64,000 nucleotides of DNA from Pseudomonadota bacterium. Its GTDB lineage: Bacteria > UBA10199 > 2-02-FULL-44-16 > DYJF01. A model generated the notes under the pieces. The model searched no databases, was not told the origin of the DNA, and saw only the letters and a list, made by a program, of their open reading frames with translations. The translations under genes and the position numbers were made by a program. The DNA lies in contig JBDRBB010000010.1 of the NCBI GenBank assembly GCA_043823065.1, positions 192,001 to 256,000 of the forward strand. The letters run 5' to 3'. Of the stretch, positions 28,957-37,716 are shown piece by piece; position 1 is the stretch's first letter, and each line of letters starts with the position of its first letter.

Positions 28957-29559
28957 ATGTCAAATTTATTTGTGAAACAGATTGCTATTGGGCCGATGAT
29001 GAACTTTGCTTATCTGGTGGGGGCAAATCAAAGCCAAGAGGCAATTGCCATTGATGTGGCCTGGGATGCTCAAAAAATTATAGATGAAGCTAAAAAGGCT
29101 GGGCGCCAAATTGCAGCAATTTTGCTCACCCATACTCATTATGATCACTGCAACGCTGTGGATGATTTTACTCGCCAGCAGCAGGTGCCAATTTACGTGC
29201 ATAAAAGCGAAACCAGTGGTTTAAGTCAAAACTTGAAGCTTAAACCAACTCAAGAGGGCCTAAAACTAGAGATTGCTGGTTTGCAAATTGAGTGCTTGCA
29301 TAGCCCAGGCCATACTCCAGGTTCGCAATGTTTTTTAATTGATGATGCTTTATTTACTGGCGATACTTTATTTGTAGGTAATTGCGGCCGGGTTGATCTG
29401 CCAGGAAGCAGTCCTAAAGATATGGAAAATTCGTTACTCAGACTTTCCAAGTTGCCAGAAACGGTTGTGGTTTATCCAGGCCATGATTATGGAGATAGCA
29501 GGACTTCGACGATTGGTGAAGAGAAGAGAAGCAACTATTATATGAAGCATGGAGTTTGA
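28957..29559 (+). CDS. MBL-fold hydrolase, glyoxalase II-like
   Basis: LLTHTHYDH, SPGHTPGS, FTGDTLF, GRVDLPG and YPGH. Confidence 0.9.
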   Translation: MSNLFVKQIAIGPMMNFAYLVGANQSQEAIAIDVAWDAQKIIDEAKKAGRQIAAILLTHTHYDHCNAVDDFTRQQQVPIYVHKSETSGLSQNLKLKPTQEGLKLEIAGLQIECLHSPGHTPGSQCFLIDDALFTGDTLFVGNCGRVDLPGSSPKDMENSLLRLSKLPETVVVYPGHDYGDSRTSTIGEEKRSNYYMKHGV

Positions 29560-29562
29560 CGG

Positions 29563-29615
29563 CCCCTTCGACAAGCTCATGGCGAACGGACAATTAGTCA
29601 AGGGCCCGCAATGAC
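29563..29615. repeat. REP-like fragments (families C and B)
   Basis: CCCTTCGACAAGCTCATGGCGAACGG ... CGCAATGACA. Confidence 0.6.
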
Positions 29616-29627
29616 AAAAAGGTTTTC

Positions 29628-31466
29628 ATGAAAAAAGATTTTTTAAAGGAATTGATTGAAAACGGCATCCTTGCTGATGGTGCCATTGGCACGGAAATAT
29701 ATAACCGTGGCGTGTTTATTCACCGTTCTTATGATGAACTGAATTTAACCAATCCAGAGCTCATCAAAGAAATTCACCTGGATTATTTAAAAGCTGGTGC
29801 TGGTTTTTTAACCACTAATACTTTTACAGCCAATCGTTTGGCTCTGGCCAGTTTTGGTTTAGAAGATAAAGTAATTGAGATTAACAAAAAAGGCGCCCAG
29901 CTGGCCAAAAGCGCTGCTGGCGATGGCGCCTATGTTGGCGGTTCAGTGGGACCAGTAAAGTGGGCAGCCAAAACTCCTTTAAGCGATGAAAAAATCAAAG
30001 AGGTTTTTAGAGAACAAATTCAGGCTTTAGCAGAAGAAGGAGTGGATGCAATTATCTTTGAGACCTTTCTTAATTTAGAAGAATTAAAACTCGCCTATGA
30101 TGCTGGTCGCCAAGCTTGCCAGCTTCCTTTAATTACCCAGGTTTCCTTAAAATACGTAAGCGAAGAAGAAGGTTTTGCTGGTTTAGATCCAGCAGATGCA
30201 GCGCGCACTATGGAATCTTGGGGCGCAGATGTTATTGGCGTTAATTGTTCAGATGGGCCGCAAGGAGTTTTCGAAGCAGTAAAACTGATGATTAAAGCTA
30301 CCTCTAAACCCTTGTCAGCCATGCCTAATGCTGGACTGCCTAGAATGATGCAAGGCCGGCTCATGTATTTGGCTTCTCCAGAATATTTTGCCGAATATGC
30401 CAGGCGCTATGCTCAGCTGGGTGTGAGTTTAATTGGTGGCTGTTGCGGAACAACTCCAGCTCATATCAAGGAGATGAAAAAATATCTGAAAGCCATAACT
30501 CCAGGCAGTAGAGAAAAAACAGAAAAGATTGAAGTAAAAAAACCCAGGCTGGTGCGCCAAGTTCCTGCTGCGGAAAAATCTAAATTTGGCGCAACGTTTT
30601 TGCAGAAATTTTCTATTAGCGTGGAAGTAGATCCGCCGTTGGGTATTAATCCCAAAAAAGCATTAGAAGGAGCAAGACTGCTTAAGGATCTGGGAGTAGA
30701 TGCCGTAAATATTGCTGATGGTCCGCGTGCTATGGCCCGCATGAGCCCCATGGCTTTAGGCGTGCTCATCAAGGAGCAGGTTGGCATTGAGCCTATTGTT
30801 CATTATTGCTGCCGCGATCGCAATCTCTTGGGTATGCAAATGGATTTAATTGGCGCTGCAGCTCTTGGTTTAAACAATGTTTTGTTAATCACAGGTGATC
30901 CACCTAAAATGGGTAATTATCCAGATGCCACAGCAGTGTTTGATATTGATTCCATTGGCCTGATTGGTTTTGTGGCTAATCTAAATCAAGGTTTGGATTT
31001 TTCAGATCGGCCCCTAAAAGAGGCCACCAACTTGCTGATCGGCTGTGGAGTAAACCCAGGTGCAGTAGATTTAGATTTGGAAGTTGAGCGCTACAAACAA
31101 AAAGTTGCCGCAGGCGCGGAATTTGTTTTTTGCCAACCTGTTTTTGATAACAAACTTTTGCTCAGCTTTTTTGAGCGGATTAAAGATGTGCCGCAAATTC
31201 CATTTTTTGCTGGAATCATGCCTTTGGTTTCTTTGCGCAATGCTGAATTTTTACATAATGAAGTTCCAGGTATGCAAGTTCCAGAGGAGATTATGCAAAA
31301 AATGGCAGCAGCTAAAACCAAAGAAGCCCAAAAAGAAGTGGGGCTAAGAGCGGCTAAGGAAGCTTTGTTGGCAGCCAAAGAATTGTCGCAAGTTAGCGGC
31401 GCTTATATTTTCCCGCCACTTGGGAATTATCAATTAGTAGCAGATTTGCTAAGCGTTCTTAAATAA
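29628..31466 (+). CDS. Bifunctional homocysteine S-methyltransferase / methylenetetrahydrofolate reductase (YitJ-like)
   Basis: DGAIGTE, GVNC, PNAGLP, IGGCCGTTP, then VEVDPP, IADGPRA, CRDRN and ITGDPP. Confidence 0.92.
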   Translation: MKKDFLKELIENGILADGAIGTEIYNRGVFIHRSYDELNLTNPELIKEIHLDYLKAGAGFLTTNTFTANRLALASFGLEDKVIEINKKGAQLAKSAAGDGAYVGGSVGPVKWAAKTPLSDEKIKEVFREQIQALAEEGVDAIIFETFLNLEELKLAYDAGRQACQLPLITQVSLKYVSEEEGFAGLDPADAARTMESWGADVIGVNCSDGPQGVFEAVKLMIKATSKPLSAMPNAGLPRMMQGRLMYLASPEYFAEYARRYAQLGVSLIGGCCGTTPAHIKEMKKYLKAITPGSREKTEKIEVKKPRLVRQVPAAEKSKFGATFLQKFSISVEVDPPLGINPKKALEGARLLKDLGVDAVNIADGPRAMARMSPMALGVLIKEQVGIEPIVHYCCRDRNLLGMQMDLIGAAALGLNNVLLITGDPPKMGNYPDATAVFDIDSIGLIGFVANLNQGLDFSDRPLKEATNLLIGCGVNPGAVDLDLEVERYKQKVAAGAEFVFCQPVFDNKLLLSFFERIKDVPQIPFFAGIMPLVSLRNAEFLHNEVPGMQVPEEIMQKMAAAKTKEAQKEVGLRAAKEALLAAKELSQVSGAYIFPPLGNYQLVADLLSVLK

Positions 31467-32365
31467 TCATCAACATTCATGGCAGCGAGCAACCCTTGGG
31501 TTGTGGATACTAATGGTTGTTGGGGCCTGCCACAAATTACATCGCCACAAGCAAATACGCCAGGAACTGGGGTTTGGAACTTTTCATCTATAGGAATATT
31601 ATCTTTTTCTTCTAGTTTAAGTGCTTGTTTGAGGAACTGATTACTAACTTGATATTCGTGTTGATAATTAAAAATATAATTAACTGGCAAAGATTTTTCC
31701 TGGCCAGCCACAAATAAGGTGACATTTTCCACATGCTTATTGCCGGTAATGGATTTTAGGCTGGCGCTAAATAAAAGATGAACCTTTTTATTGTTTTGCA
31801 AATCATTTACCAGGCGATTTTCAATATCTAGTTTATTGGATGGAATAATAAAGTGTACCTGGCGCGCATATTTGCTAAGTAAAATTGCTGCTTCTGCTGC
31901 AGTTTTATTTTTGCCAACAATGGCAACTTCTTTATCTTGGGTTAGAGAAACATCGGTTTGCACATCGTGAGAAACTCCTTGGCCAAAAAATTCCCGACCG
32001 CCTGGCAAATGGCCAGTGCGACCAGCTGCGCCAGTAGCTAAAATTACGCTTTTTACTTCAAATTGCTGCTCTCCGCCTTCGGCAATCTTTTTTTCTTCTT
32101 CAAAATTTATTTTATTGATTTCCAAATGTTTGATAAAAGCGCCGGCTTTTTGGGCTTGTTTGCGCAGTCTATCAATAATTTCCGCGCCATTTATTTCATC
32201 AGGAAAGCCCGGAAAATTGCCAAGCATTTTTAGGCTGGCTAAATAACCCTGTTCTGTTTCTTTATCAACCAGCAGAGTAGTCCAGTGTCTTGCAGCTAAA
32301 TGCATTGCTGCCATACAACCTGCTGGGCCACCACCAATTATAAGTACGTCATATGATTGTTTCAA
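31430..32365 (-). CDS. Thioredoxin-reductase-like FAD oxidoreductase lacking CxxC
   Basis: DVLIIGGGPAG, NFPGFP, ILATGA and T.VPGVFACGD. Likely TTG start at 32365 behind AGGAGG; the upstream ORF extension is repeat-derived. Confidence 0.8.
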   Translation of the reverse strand: MKQSYDVLIIGGGPAGCMAAMHLAARHWTTLLVDKETEQGYLASLKMLGNFPGFPDEINGAEIIDRLRKQAQKAGAFIKHLEINKINFEEEKKIAEGGEQQFEVKSVILATGAAGRTGHLPGGREFFGQGVSHDVQTDVSLTQDKEVAIVGKNKTAAEAAILLSKYARQVHFIIPSNKLDIENRLVNDLQNNKKVHLLFSASLKSITGNKHVENVTLFVAGQEKSLPVNYIFNYQHEYQVSNQFLKQALKLEEKDNIPIDEKFQTPVPGVFACGDVICGRPQQPLVSTTQGLLAAMNVDDYLRTLSKSATN

Positions 32366-32397
32366 GTGTCCTCCTATTGTCATTTGTCCAAACACTT

Positions 32398-32454
32398 TGT
32401 CATCCCCGCGTAGGCAGGGATCTATAAGTGGATTCCCGCTTTCGCGGGAATGAC
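32398..32454. repeat. REP-like element family A (doublet)
   Basis: GTCATCCCCGCGTAGGCAGGGATC...GGATTCCCGCTTTCGCGGGAATGAC. Confidence 0.85.
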
Positions 32455-32460
32455 AAATTA

Positions 32461-33057
32461 TCAAAAGCTAAAACTCTGTTGCTTACTTGATTCCTCATTT
32501 TCCTCTGGATGTTCAATTTTCCAATTCACAGCAACTTGTTTTTTAGCATTGCCGAATTTGGAAATGAAAAAAACTTCGCTCTTGTTAGCGCCATATTCAA
32601 AAACTTCCTTGGTAATGCGCACATCTTCCAGACAGTATTTTTTTAGTTTATCAATTTCACCATTGTTCCAATAACGGATGGCATCTAGTCCTGAACCAAT
32701 TTTTTGTTTGTTCAAAGTTGCTTGGGCTACGCTATCTAAACTCACGCGATGCCCTAATATCTTGGTTAATTCCTCCAGGATATCAAATTGAGGCATATTT
32801 TTAAGATTAATAGTCAAATATTGCTGCAAAATTGGGCAATCAAACTTGCGTGAGTTAAAACCAACCAAAAGAGGCCTATCTTGAAGAGTTTTTTCAAATT
32901 CCTTAAGATCTTTTTCCTCGAAAATTTGATATTCATTAGTTTTATAAAAATAGGCTCCCAGCACGCTAATTTTTAAGTCTGTCAGGTTTTGCCGGCCACC
33001 TACATCTGAAAAGGCGTTTTGAGTTTCAATGTCAAAGACAATGATATTTTTAGACAT
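32461..33057 (-). CDS. RNase H-like DEDD exonuclease-domain protein (YprB-like)
   Basis: VFDIET, VGFNSRKFD and YCLEDV. Confidence 0.85.
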   Translation of the reverse strand: MSKNIIVFDIETQNAFSDVGGRQNLTDLKISVLGAYFYKTNEYQIFEEKDLKEFEKTLQDRPLLVGFNSRKFDCPILQQYLTINLKNMPQFDILEELTKILGHRVSLDSVAQATLNKQKIGSGLDAIRYWNNGEIDKLKKYCLEDVRITKEVFEYGANKSEVFFISKFGNAKKQVAVNWKIEHPEENEESSKQQSFSF

Positions 33058-33102
33058 GCCAGCAACCTATCATAAATGAGTCCTAAATCAAGCCCTGCTT
33101 CA

Positions 33103-33270
33103 CCTGCTTTCAGCTAGCGCAGAGACCAGTAGGTTTTGGGTACGCCTTCGTTTTTGGTTACGCCCAAAAACTTGTCTCTGTCTCTTGGCGAGCGTGGCAT
33201 CATAAGCATAGATACGCTCGCCAGCGAGATGCCCCAAAACCTACTGGTCTCTGCGCTATCTGAAAGCAGG
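33103..33270. repeat. Long cruciform-type palindromic element
   Basis: Outer stem of about 38 bp (CCTGCTTTCAGCTAGCGCAGAGACCAGTAGGTTTTGGG and its complement) enclosing two hairpins. Confidence 0.75.
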
Positions 33271-33344
33271 ATTTCGCACCGGTGCAAAACCCAATGCGGA
33301 ATCTAGGTGAAACTTTTTTCTGAATAATTGCAGGTAGCGTTGTG

Positions 33345-33554
33345 AACATGTTTGGCAGGTCTTAAGGTGATTTGTCCGAAAAACAGACAGCTGAGTGCCA
33401 TATTTGCGCACTTATCCTCGGTAGGGAATTGGATACGGAGATAAGGCCACCTTACGGATGGGCACACAAATGCTGGACGAAATCTCGGCAAATTTGAGCA
33501 TCAGCTGTCTGGGCTTGAGGACTATAATTCACCTTAAGACCTGCCAAACATGTT
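33345..33554. repeat. Long palindromic element
   Basis: Perfect 26-bp outer stem AACATGTTTGGCAGGTCTTAAGGTGA and inner stem CAGACAGCTGA/TCAGCTGTCTG. Confidence 0.75.
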
Positions 33555-33624
33555 GCCAAAAATTAATGCGATACTTCGGTAGATTTGCGCTTGGTGGAGC
33601 AATTTCGGATTGTAAAACAACCTA

Positions 33625-34023
33625 ATGCTTGGTAAAATCTGCAAATTCATGAATATCTCGGGGATTTCTCTTATTATTTTATTTGTCCTTTCTATTCTGG
33701 TGGGAGGCGGTATTGTTCTAATCTCTGCCTGGCTGGGGAGAAGTGTGAAAAGTCCAGAAAAACTTATTCCCTATGAATGCGGTCTAGATCCTCTGGAAAG
33801 CCCAAGAATGCGTATTTCCATTAGATATTTTTTAGTGGCAATTCTATTTGTAATTTTTGAGGTGGAAGTGGCTTTTTTATATCCCTGGGCCATGATTTTT
33901 CGTGAGTTTTCTGATGCCGGAGAAGGTGTGCTTGCTTTTAGTGCAGGTGCAATATTCTTAAGTCTCTTAATTGTGGGTCTAATCTATGTTTGGGGTAAGG
34001 GGGCGTTGGAGTGGGAAGAATGA
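33625..34023 (+). CDS. nuoA: NADH-quinone oxidoreductase subunit A
   Basis: PYECG, YFLVAILFVIFEVE..FLYPWA and KGALEW. Confidence 0.93.
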   Translation: MLGKICKFMNISGISLIILFVLSILVGGGIVLISAWLGRSVKSPEKLIPYECGLDPLESPRMRISIRYFLVAILFVIFEVEVAFLYPWAMIFREFSDAGEGVLAFSAGAIFLSLLIVGLIYVWGKGALEWEE

Positions 34024-34457
34024 TGGACAACTTTTTCACAACCAAGATTAACGAATTTGTGAACTGGGGCCGCAAATACAGTCTTTGGCCCATGCCTTTT
34101 GGCACGGCCTGTTGTGCCTTGGAGTTTATGTCAGCAGTTTCCGCGCGTTTTGATATCTCGCGTTTTGGAGCTGAACTAGTTAGATTTTCTCCGCGCCAGT
34201 CTGATTTGCTGCTGGTGATGGGCACCATAAGTTATAAGCAAGCGCCTATTCTCAAACGAATTTATGAGCAAATGGGTGAACCAAAATGGGTGGTAGCTTA
34301 TGGCGCTTGCGCCTCTTCAGGTGGTTTTTATAATAACTATCATACTATTCAGGGCATAGATAAAATTATTCCAGTTGATGTATATGTTCCAGGCTGTCCG
34401 CCCAGGCCAGAACAATTGTTTGAGGCAATTTTAAAGATTCAAAAGGAGTTATTATGA
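34011..34457 (+). CDS. nuoB: NADH-quinone oxidoreductase subunit B
   Basis: SLWP.PFGTACCA, SPRQSD, GACASSGG and VPGCPPRPE. Confidence 0.95.
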   Translation: MGRMMDNFFTTKINEFVNWGRKYSLWPMPFGTACCALEFMSAVSARFDISRFGAELVRFSPRQSDLLLVMGTISYKQAPILKRIYEQMGEPKWVVAYGACASSGGFYNNYHTIQGIDKIIPVDVYVPGCPPRPEQLFEAILKIQKELL

Positions 34458-35332
34458 AAAAAATAATATGCAGCATTGTTGCCATTTTGCTGGGTTTCTC
34501 AACAACAGCAATGGCCAAGACAGATGATTTTGAGGAAGGCAAAAAACTAATTTTTGAAGGTCAGCTGGAACAAGGCGCAGAACTGCTGGAAAATTATGTT
34601 ACAAAGAATTCTCGCGATAAAAACAAAACTCCTGCTGCGCTTTTACTTCTAGGCCAAACCTTAGATCGCTTTGCAGATCTGCTAAGTGAGCAGGCTGAAA
34701 TGCAATGTTATTGGCAAAATAAAACAGGTGGTTTTGCCTGCATGCAGCAACAAGCAGAACAGGCCAATAAAGTCTTTGGCAAAGGTGCTTTTAAGGCAAT
34801 AACTGACATTGCTTATATTCCTTATACCGGGATTCATTATCAACTTATCTTAAAAAAATTTGCCAAATCTGATGAAGCGCCTTTGGCGGAATTTCAATTG
34901 CTTTTGAAAGATTTGGTTGGTCATCCAGATCAAGTTTTGCCCAAGATTAAAAAATTTCTAACTAAACACCCCTCAGGAGAGGCTCATCGCAAAGGCCTGC
35001 TCTTGTTGGCCAGAGTTAACGAAGATATTTGGTACATTCATCGGGATTGGAGCTGGGTGCTATATAATGACGTAGTTGCCACAGAAGAGTTAATTATTAG
35101 GGCAGAGCCCTATCGCCAAGAAGCAATTAGGGTTTATCAAACCTTGGTTAGTAAATATCCTAAAACCTTTGAAGGTAAGATGGCTAAGCAAGAATTAGCC
35201 TTGGTTCAAAACCAAAAATACGATTCAGAGACTTATAGTATTTTATCTGATTCAGTTGGTGGCGCTCCGGAAAAATGGGGCACACCTATTCCAGCGCCCA
35301 AACTCAAGGCCAAGCCCAAAGGAAATCGTTAA
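34454..35332 (+). CDS. Exported TPR-like helical protein embedded in the nuo operon
   Basis: Signal peptide ending AMA; TPR-like helices; overlaps the nuoB stop and the nuoCD start. Confidence 0.75.
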   Translation: MKKIICSIVAILLGFSTTAMAKTDDFEEGKKLIFEGQLEQGAELLENYVTKNSRDKNKTPAALLLLGQTLDRFADLLSEQAEMQCYWQNKTGGFACMQQQAEQANKVFGKGAFKAITDIAYIPYTGIHYQLILKKFAKSDEAPLAEFQLLLKDLVGHPDQVLPKIKKFLTKHPSGEAHRKGLLLLARVNEDIWYIHRDWSWVLYNDVVATEELIIRAEPYRQEAIRVYQTLVSKYPKTFEGKMAKQELALVQNQKYDSETYSILSDSVGGAPEKWGTPIPAPKLKAKPKGNR

Positions 35333-37008
35333 TGATTTTAAAGCTTTTAGCAGAACAGTTTTCTGGCTCAATTCAGGAAACAGGTAGTTTTCGTGGAGAT
35401 GACTATGTTATAGTTATTAAAGAAAGCTTGCTGGATATCTGTTTCTTTTTACGCAATGAAGATCTGCTCAAATTTGAGATGTTGTTAGATGTGGCAGGTG
35501 CAGATTATTTGGAGCGGTTTGGGTTTTTAGAAGTTGTTTATCATTTATATTCCTTAAAATTTAAAAAACGGTTGCGCTTAAAAGTGCAACTTAAAGCAAA
35601 TGAAACTATACCAAGTGTTTGCAACATTTGGAAGGCTGCCAATTGGTTTGAGCGAGAGGCCTATGATCTATTTGGAATTAAATTTGCAGACCATCCCAAT
35701 TTAAAAAGAATATTAACTTTTGAAGGATTTCAGGGACATGCCTTGCTTAAGAGCTATAAAAAAGAGATGCGCCAAGAAATTCCTGTGCCAGATGATCTTT
35801 TGGATTCCCGCCTGCGCGGGAATGACAACATGAACGGGAATGACAAAAGATATATGTATTTAAACTTAGGACCATCTCATCCAGCCATGCATGGCTGTTT
35901 CAGGGTTTTATTGGAATTAGACGGAGAAAAAATTGTTAATGCTGTTCAAGAAATTGGTTATTTACACCGTTGTTTTGAAAAAGAGGCGGAAGCTCATACT
36001 TACACCCAAGTTATTCCCTATACTGATCGGCTTAATTATGTTTCGCCATTAATGAATAATGTTGGTTATTGTCTGAGTGTGGAAAAGTTGTTTGATCTAG
36101 ATATTCCAGAGCGTGCCAAATGGATTCGCATGCTAATTTGCGAGGTCTCGCGTATCATTGATCACCTAGTTAGTGTGGGGCCAAATTTAGTGGACGTGGG
36201 CGCCCTAACTAATTATTGGTATTTGTTTAACGCCAGGGAAATGCTTATTGATTGGGTGGAGGCATTATGTGGAGCTAGGCTCACCACCAGCTATACGCGC
36301 ATTGGAGGGGTAATGCGCGATTTGCCAATTAACACATCAGCTAAATTAACTGAGTGCATCAAGCTGGTTAGGCAGGCAGTTAAAGATGTAGAAGGACTAA
36401 CCAAGAAAAACAGGATCTTAATTGATAGAACGCAAGGTGTGGGCAGCATCTCTGCTGAAGATGCCATAAGTTATGGTTTTACGGGTCCATGTTTGCGTGC
36501 TGCAGGCGTGGCCTATGATGTGCGCCTGGCTCATCCTTATTATTTTTACGATGAGCTAAATTGGGATATTCCAGTCGGGCATCAGGGCGATACTTATGAT
36601 CGTATTTTTGTGCGCCTGGAAGAAATAAAACAATCTAGCTATCTAGTAGAACAAATTTTGCAAAAAATTAAACCTGGCCCAATTATTTTAGATGATTGGC
36701 AGATTAGTTTGCCTGACAAAGCCCAGGTTTATGGCAGCATTGAAGGCATGATGGCCCATTTTAAATTAATTATGGAAGGAATTAAGCCGCCTGTTGGTGA
36801 AGTATATGCCTACACCGAAGCTGCAAATGGTGAATTGGGTTTTTATTTAGTGAGCGATGGTTCAGTCAATCCGTATCGCCTAAAGATTAGGCCGCCTTGT
36901 TTTGCAATTTATCAGGCCTATCCAGAAATGATTAAGGGCCAAATGATTGCTGATGCAGTAGCTACAATTGGCAGTTTAAATATTATTGCCGGAGAATTGG
37001 ATAGATGA
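35332..37008 (+). CDS. nuoCD: Fused NADH-quinone oxidoreductase subunit C/D
   Basis: ANWFEREAYDLFGI.F..HPNLKRIL, then LNLGPSHPAMHG, IGYLHR and IIAGELDR. Confidence 0.95.
   Translation: MILKLLAEQFSGSIQETGSFRGDDYVIVIKESLLDICFFLRNEDLLKFEMLLDVAGADYLERFGFLEVVYHLYSLKFKKRLRLKVQLKANETIPSVCNIWKAANWFEREAYDLFGIKFADHPNLKRILTFEGFQGHALLKSYKKEMRQEIPVPDDLLDSRLRGNDNMNGNDKRYMYLNLGPSHPAMHGCFRVLLELDGEKIVNAVQEIGYLHRCFEKEAEAHTYTQVIPYTDRLNYVSPLMNNVGYCLSVEKLFDLDIPERAKWIRMLICEVSRIIDHLVSVGPNLVDVGALTNYWYLFNAREMLIDWVEALCGARLTTSYTRIGGVMRDLPINTSAKLTECIKLVRQAVKDVEGLTKKNRILIDRTQGVGSISAEDAISYGFTGPCLRAAGVAYDVRLAHPYYFYDELNWDIPVGHQGDTYDRIFVRLEEIKQSSYLVEQILQKIKPGPIILDDWQISLPDKAQVYGSIEGMMAHFKLIMEGIKPPVGEVYAYTEAANGELGFYLVSDGSVNPYRLKIRPPCFAIYQAYPEMIKGQMIADAVATIGSLNIIAGELDR
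35801..35844. repeat. REP-like element family A, in frame in nuoCD
   Basis: TGGATTCCCGCCTGCGCGGGAATGAC...CGGGAATGAC, encoding LDSRLRGNDNMNGND. Confidence 0.85.
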
Positions 37009-37010
37009 TC

Positions 37011-37156
37011 GAGTTGTGTACGTAAGCATTGTTTCGCTAAACCCAAAATTTCTTCATGCGCCAGAAATTTTGGGAGCGACCTTCGCTCGCCATGGCATCT
37101 AGCCTGCTGTGATGGCTCGCTCGGACGCCGCTCAACAATGCTTACGTACACGACTC
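37011..37156. repeat. 146-bp structured element family F, copy 1
   Basis: 23-bp outer stem around a 100-nt core shared (inverted) with 47403..47548. Confidence 0.8.
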
Positions 37157-37163
37157 TCTCAAT

Positions 37164-37622
37164 ATGGTGTATTTTATGAAAAAGTTAAAAGAGTTAGTTA
37201 AAAATTACCCGTATAAACAGGCAGCTTTGCTGCCAGTGATATGGCAGGTGCAGGAACAGGAAGGATTTATCTCTGCTCAAAAAATTTCAGAAATAGCAGA
37301 GTTGTTGGAGATGTCTGCTGCTGAAGTTTTAGGCGTGGTTAGTTTTTACACCATGTTCCAAAGAAGACCAATTGGCAGATATCATGTGCAAGTGTGCACC
37401 AATCTTTGCTGCCGCTTAAAAGGAGCAGATTGGCTGCTCAAATATTTAAAACAAAAACTAGGTGTGGAAGTTGGGCAGACCAGCGGTGATGGTTTATTTC
37501 ATTTATCAACTGTGGAATGTTTGGGTTCGTGCGGCACAGCGCCCATGATGATGATCAATAATGATTATTATGAAGATCTAGATGAAAAAAAGGTGGATGA
37601 GATATTGCTGAAACTAGGATAA
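37164..37622 (+). CDS. nuoE: NADH-quinone oxidoreductase subunit E
   Basis: VVSFYTMF, VCTNLCC and ECLGSCGTAP. Confidence 0.95.
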   Translation: MVYFMKKLKELVKNYPYKQAALLPVIWQVQEQEGFISAQKISEIAELLEMSAAEVLGVVSFYTMFQRRPIGRYHVQVCTNLCCRLKGADWLLKYLKQKLGVEVGQTSGDGLFHLSTVECLGSCGTAPMMMINNDYYEDLDEKKVDEILLKLG

Positions 37623-37629
37623 ACCAGAG

Positions 37630-37703
37630 TGTCATTGCGAGGAGCAAAGCGACGAAGCAATCCCGGATATAAACTGGATTGCGCAGCTCACGCTCGCAAT
37701 GAC
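37630..37703. repeat. REP-like element family B (doublet)
   Basis: TGTCATTGCGAGGAGCAAAGCGACGAAGCAATCC...GGATTGC...CTCGCAATGAC. Confidence 0.85.
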
Positions 37704-37716
37704 AATAGGGTTATAA

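Noticed and set aside
29560..29627. SAM riboswitch before the methionine-synthesis gene
   Set aside because: The gap is only about 68 nt and is filled by REP fragments; no riboswitch consensus was seen.
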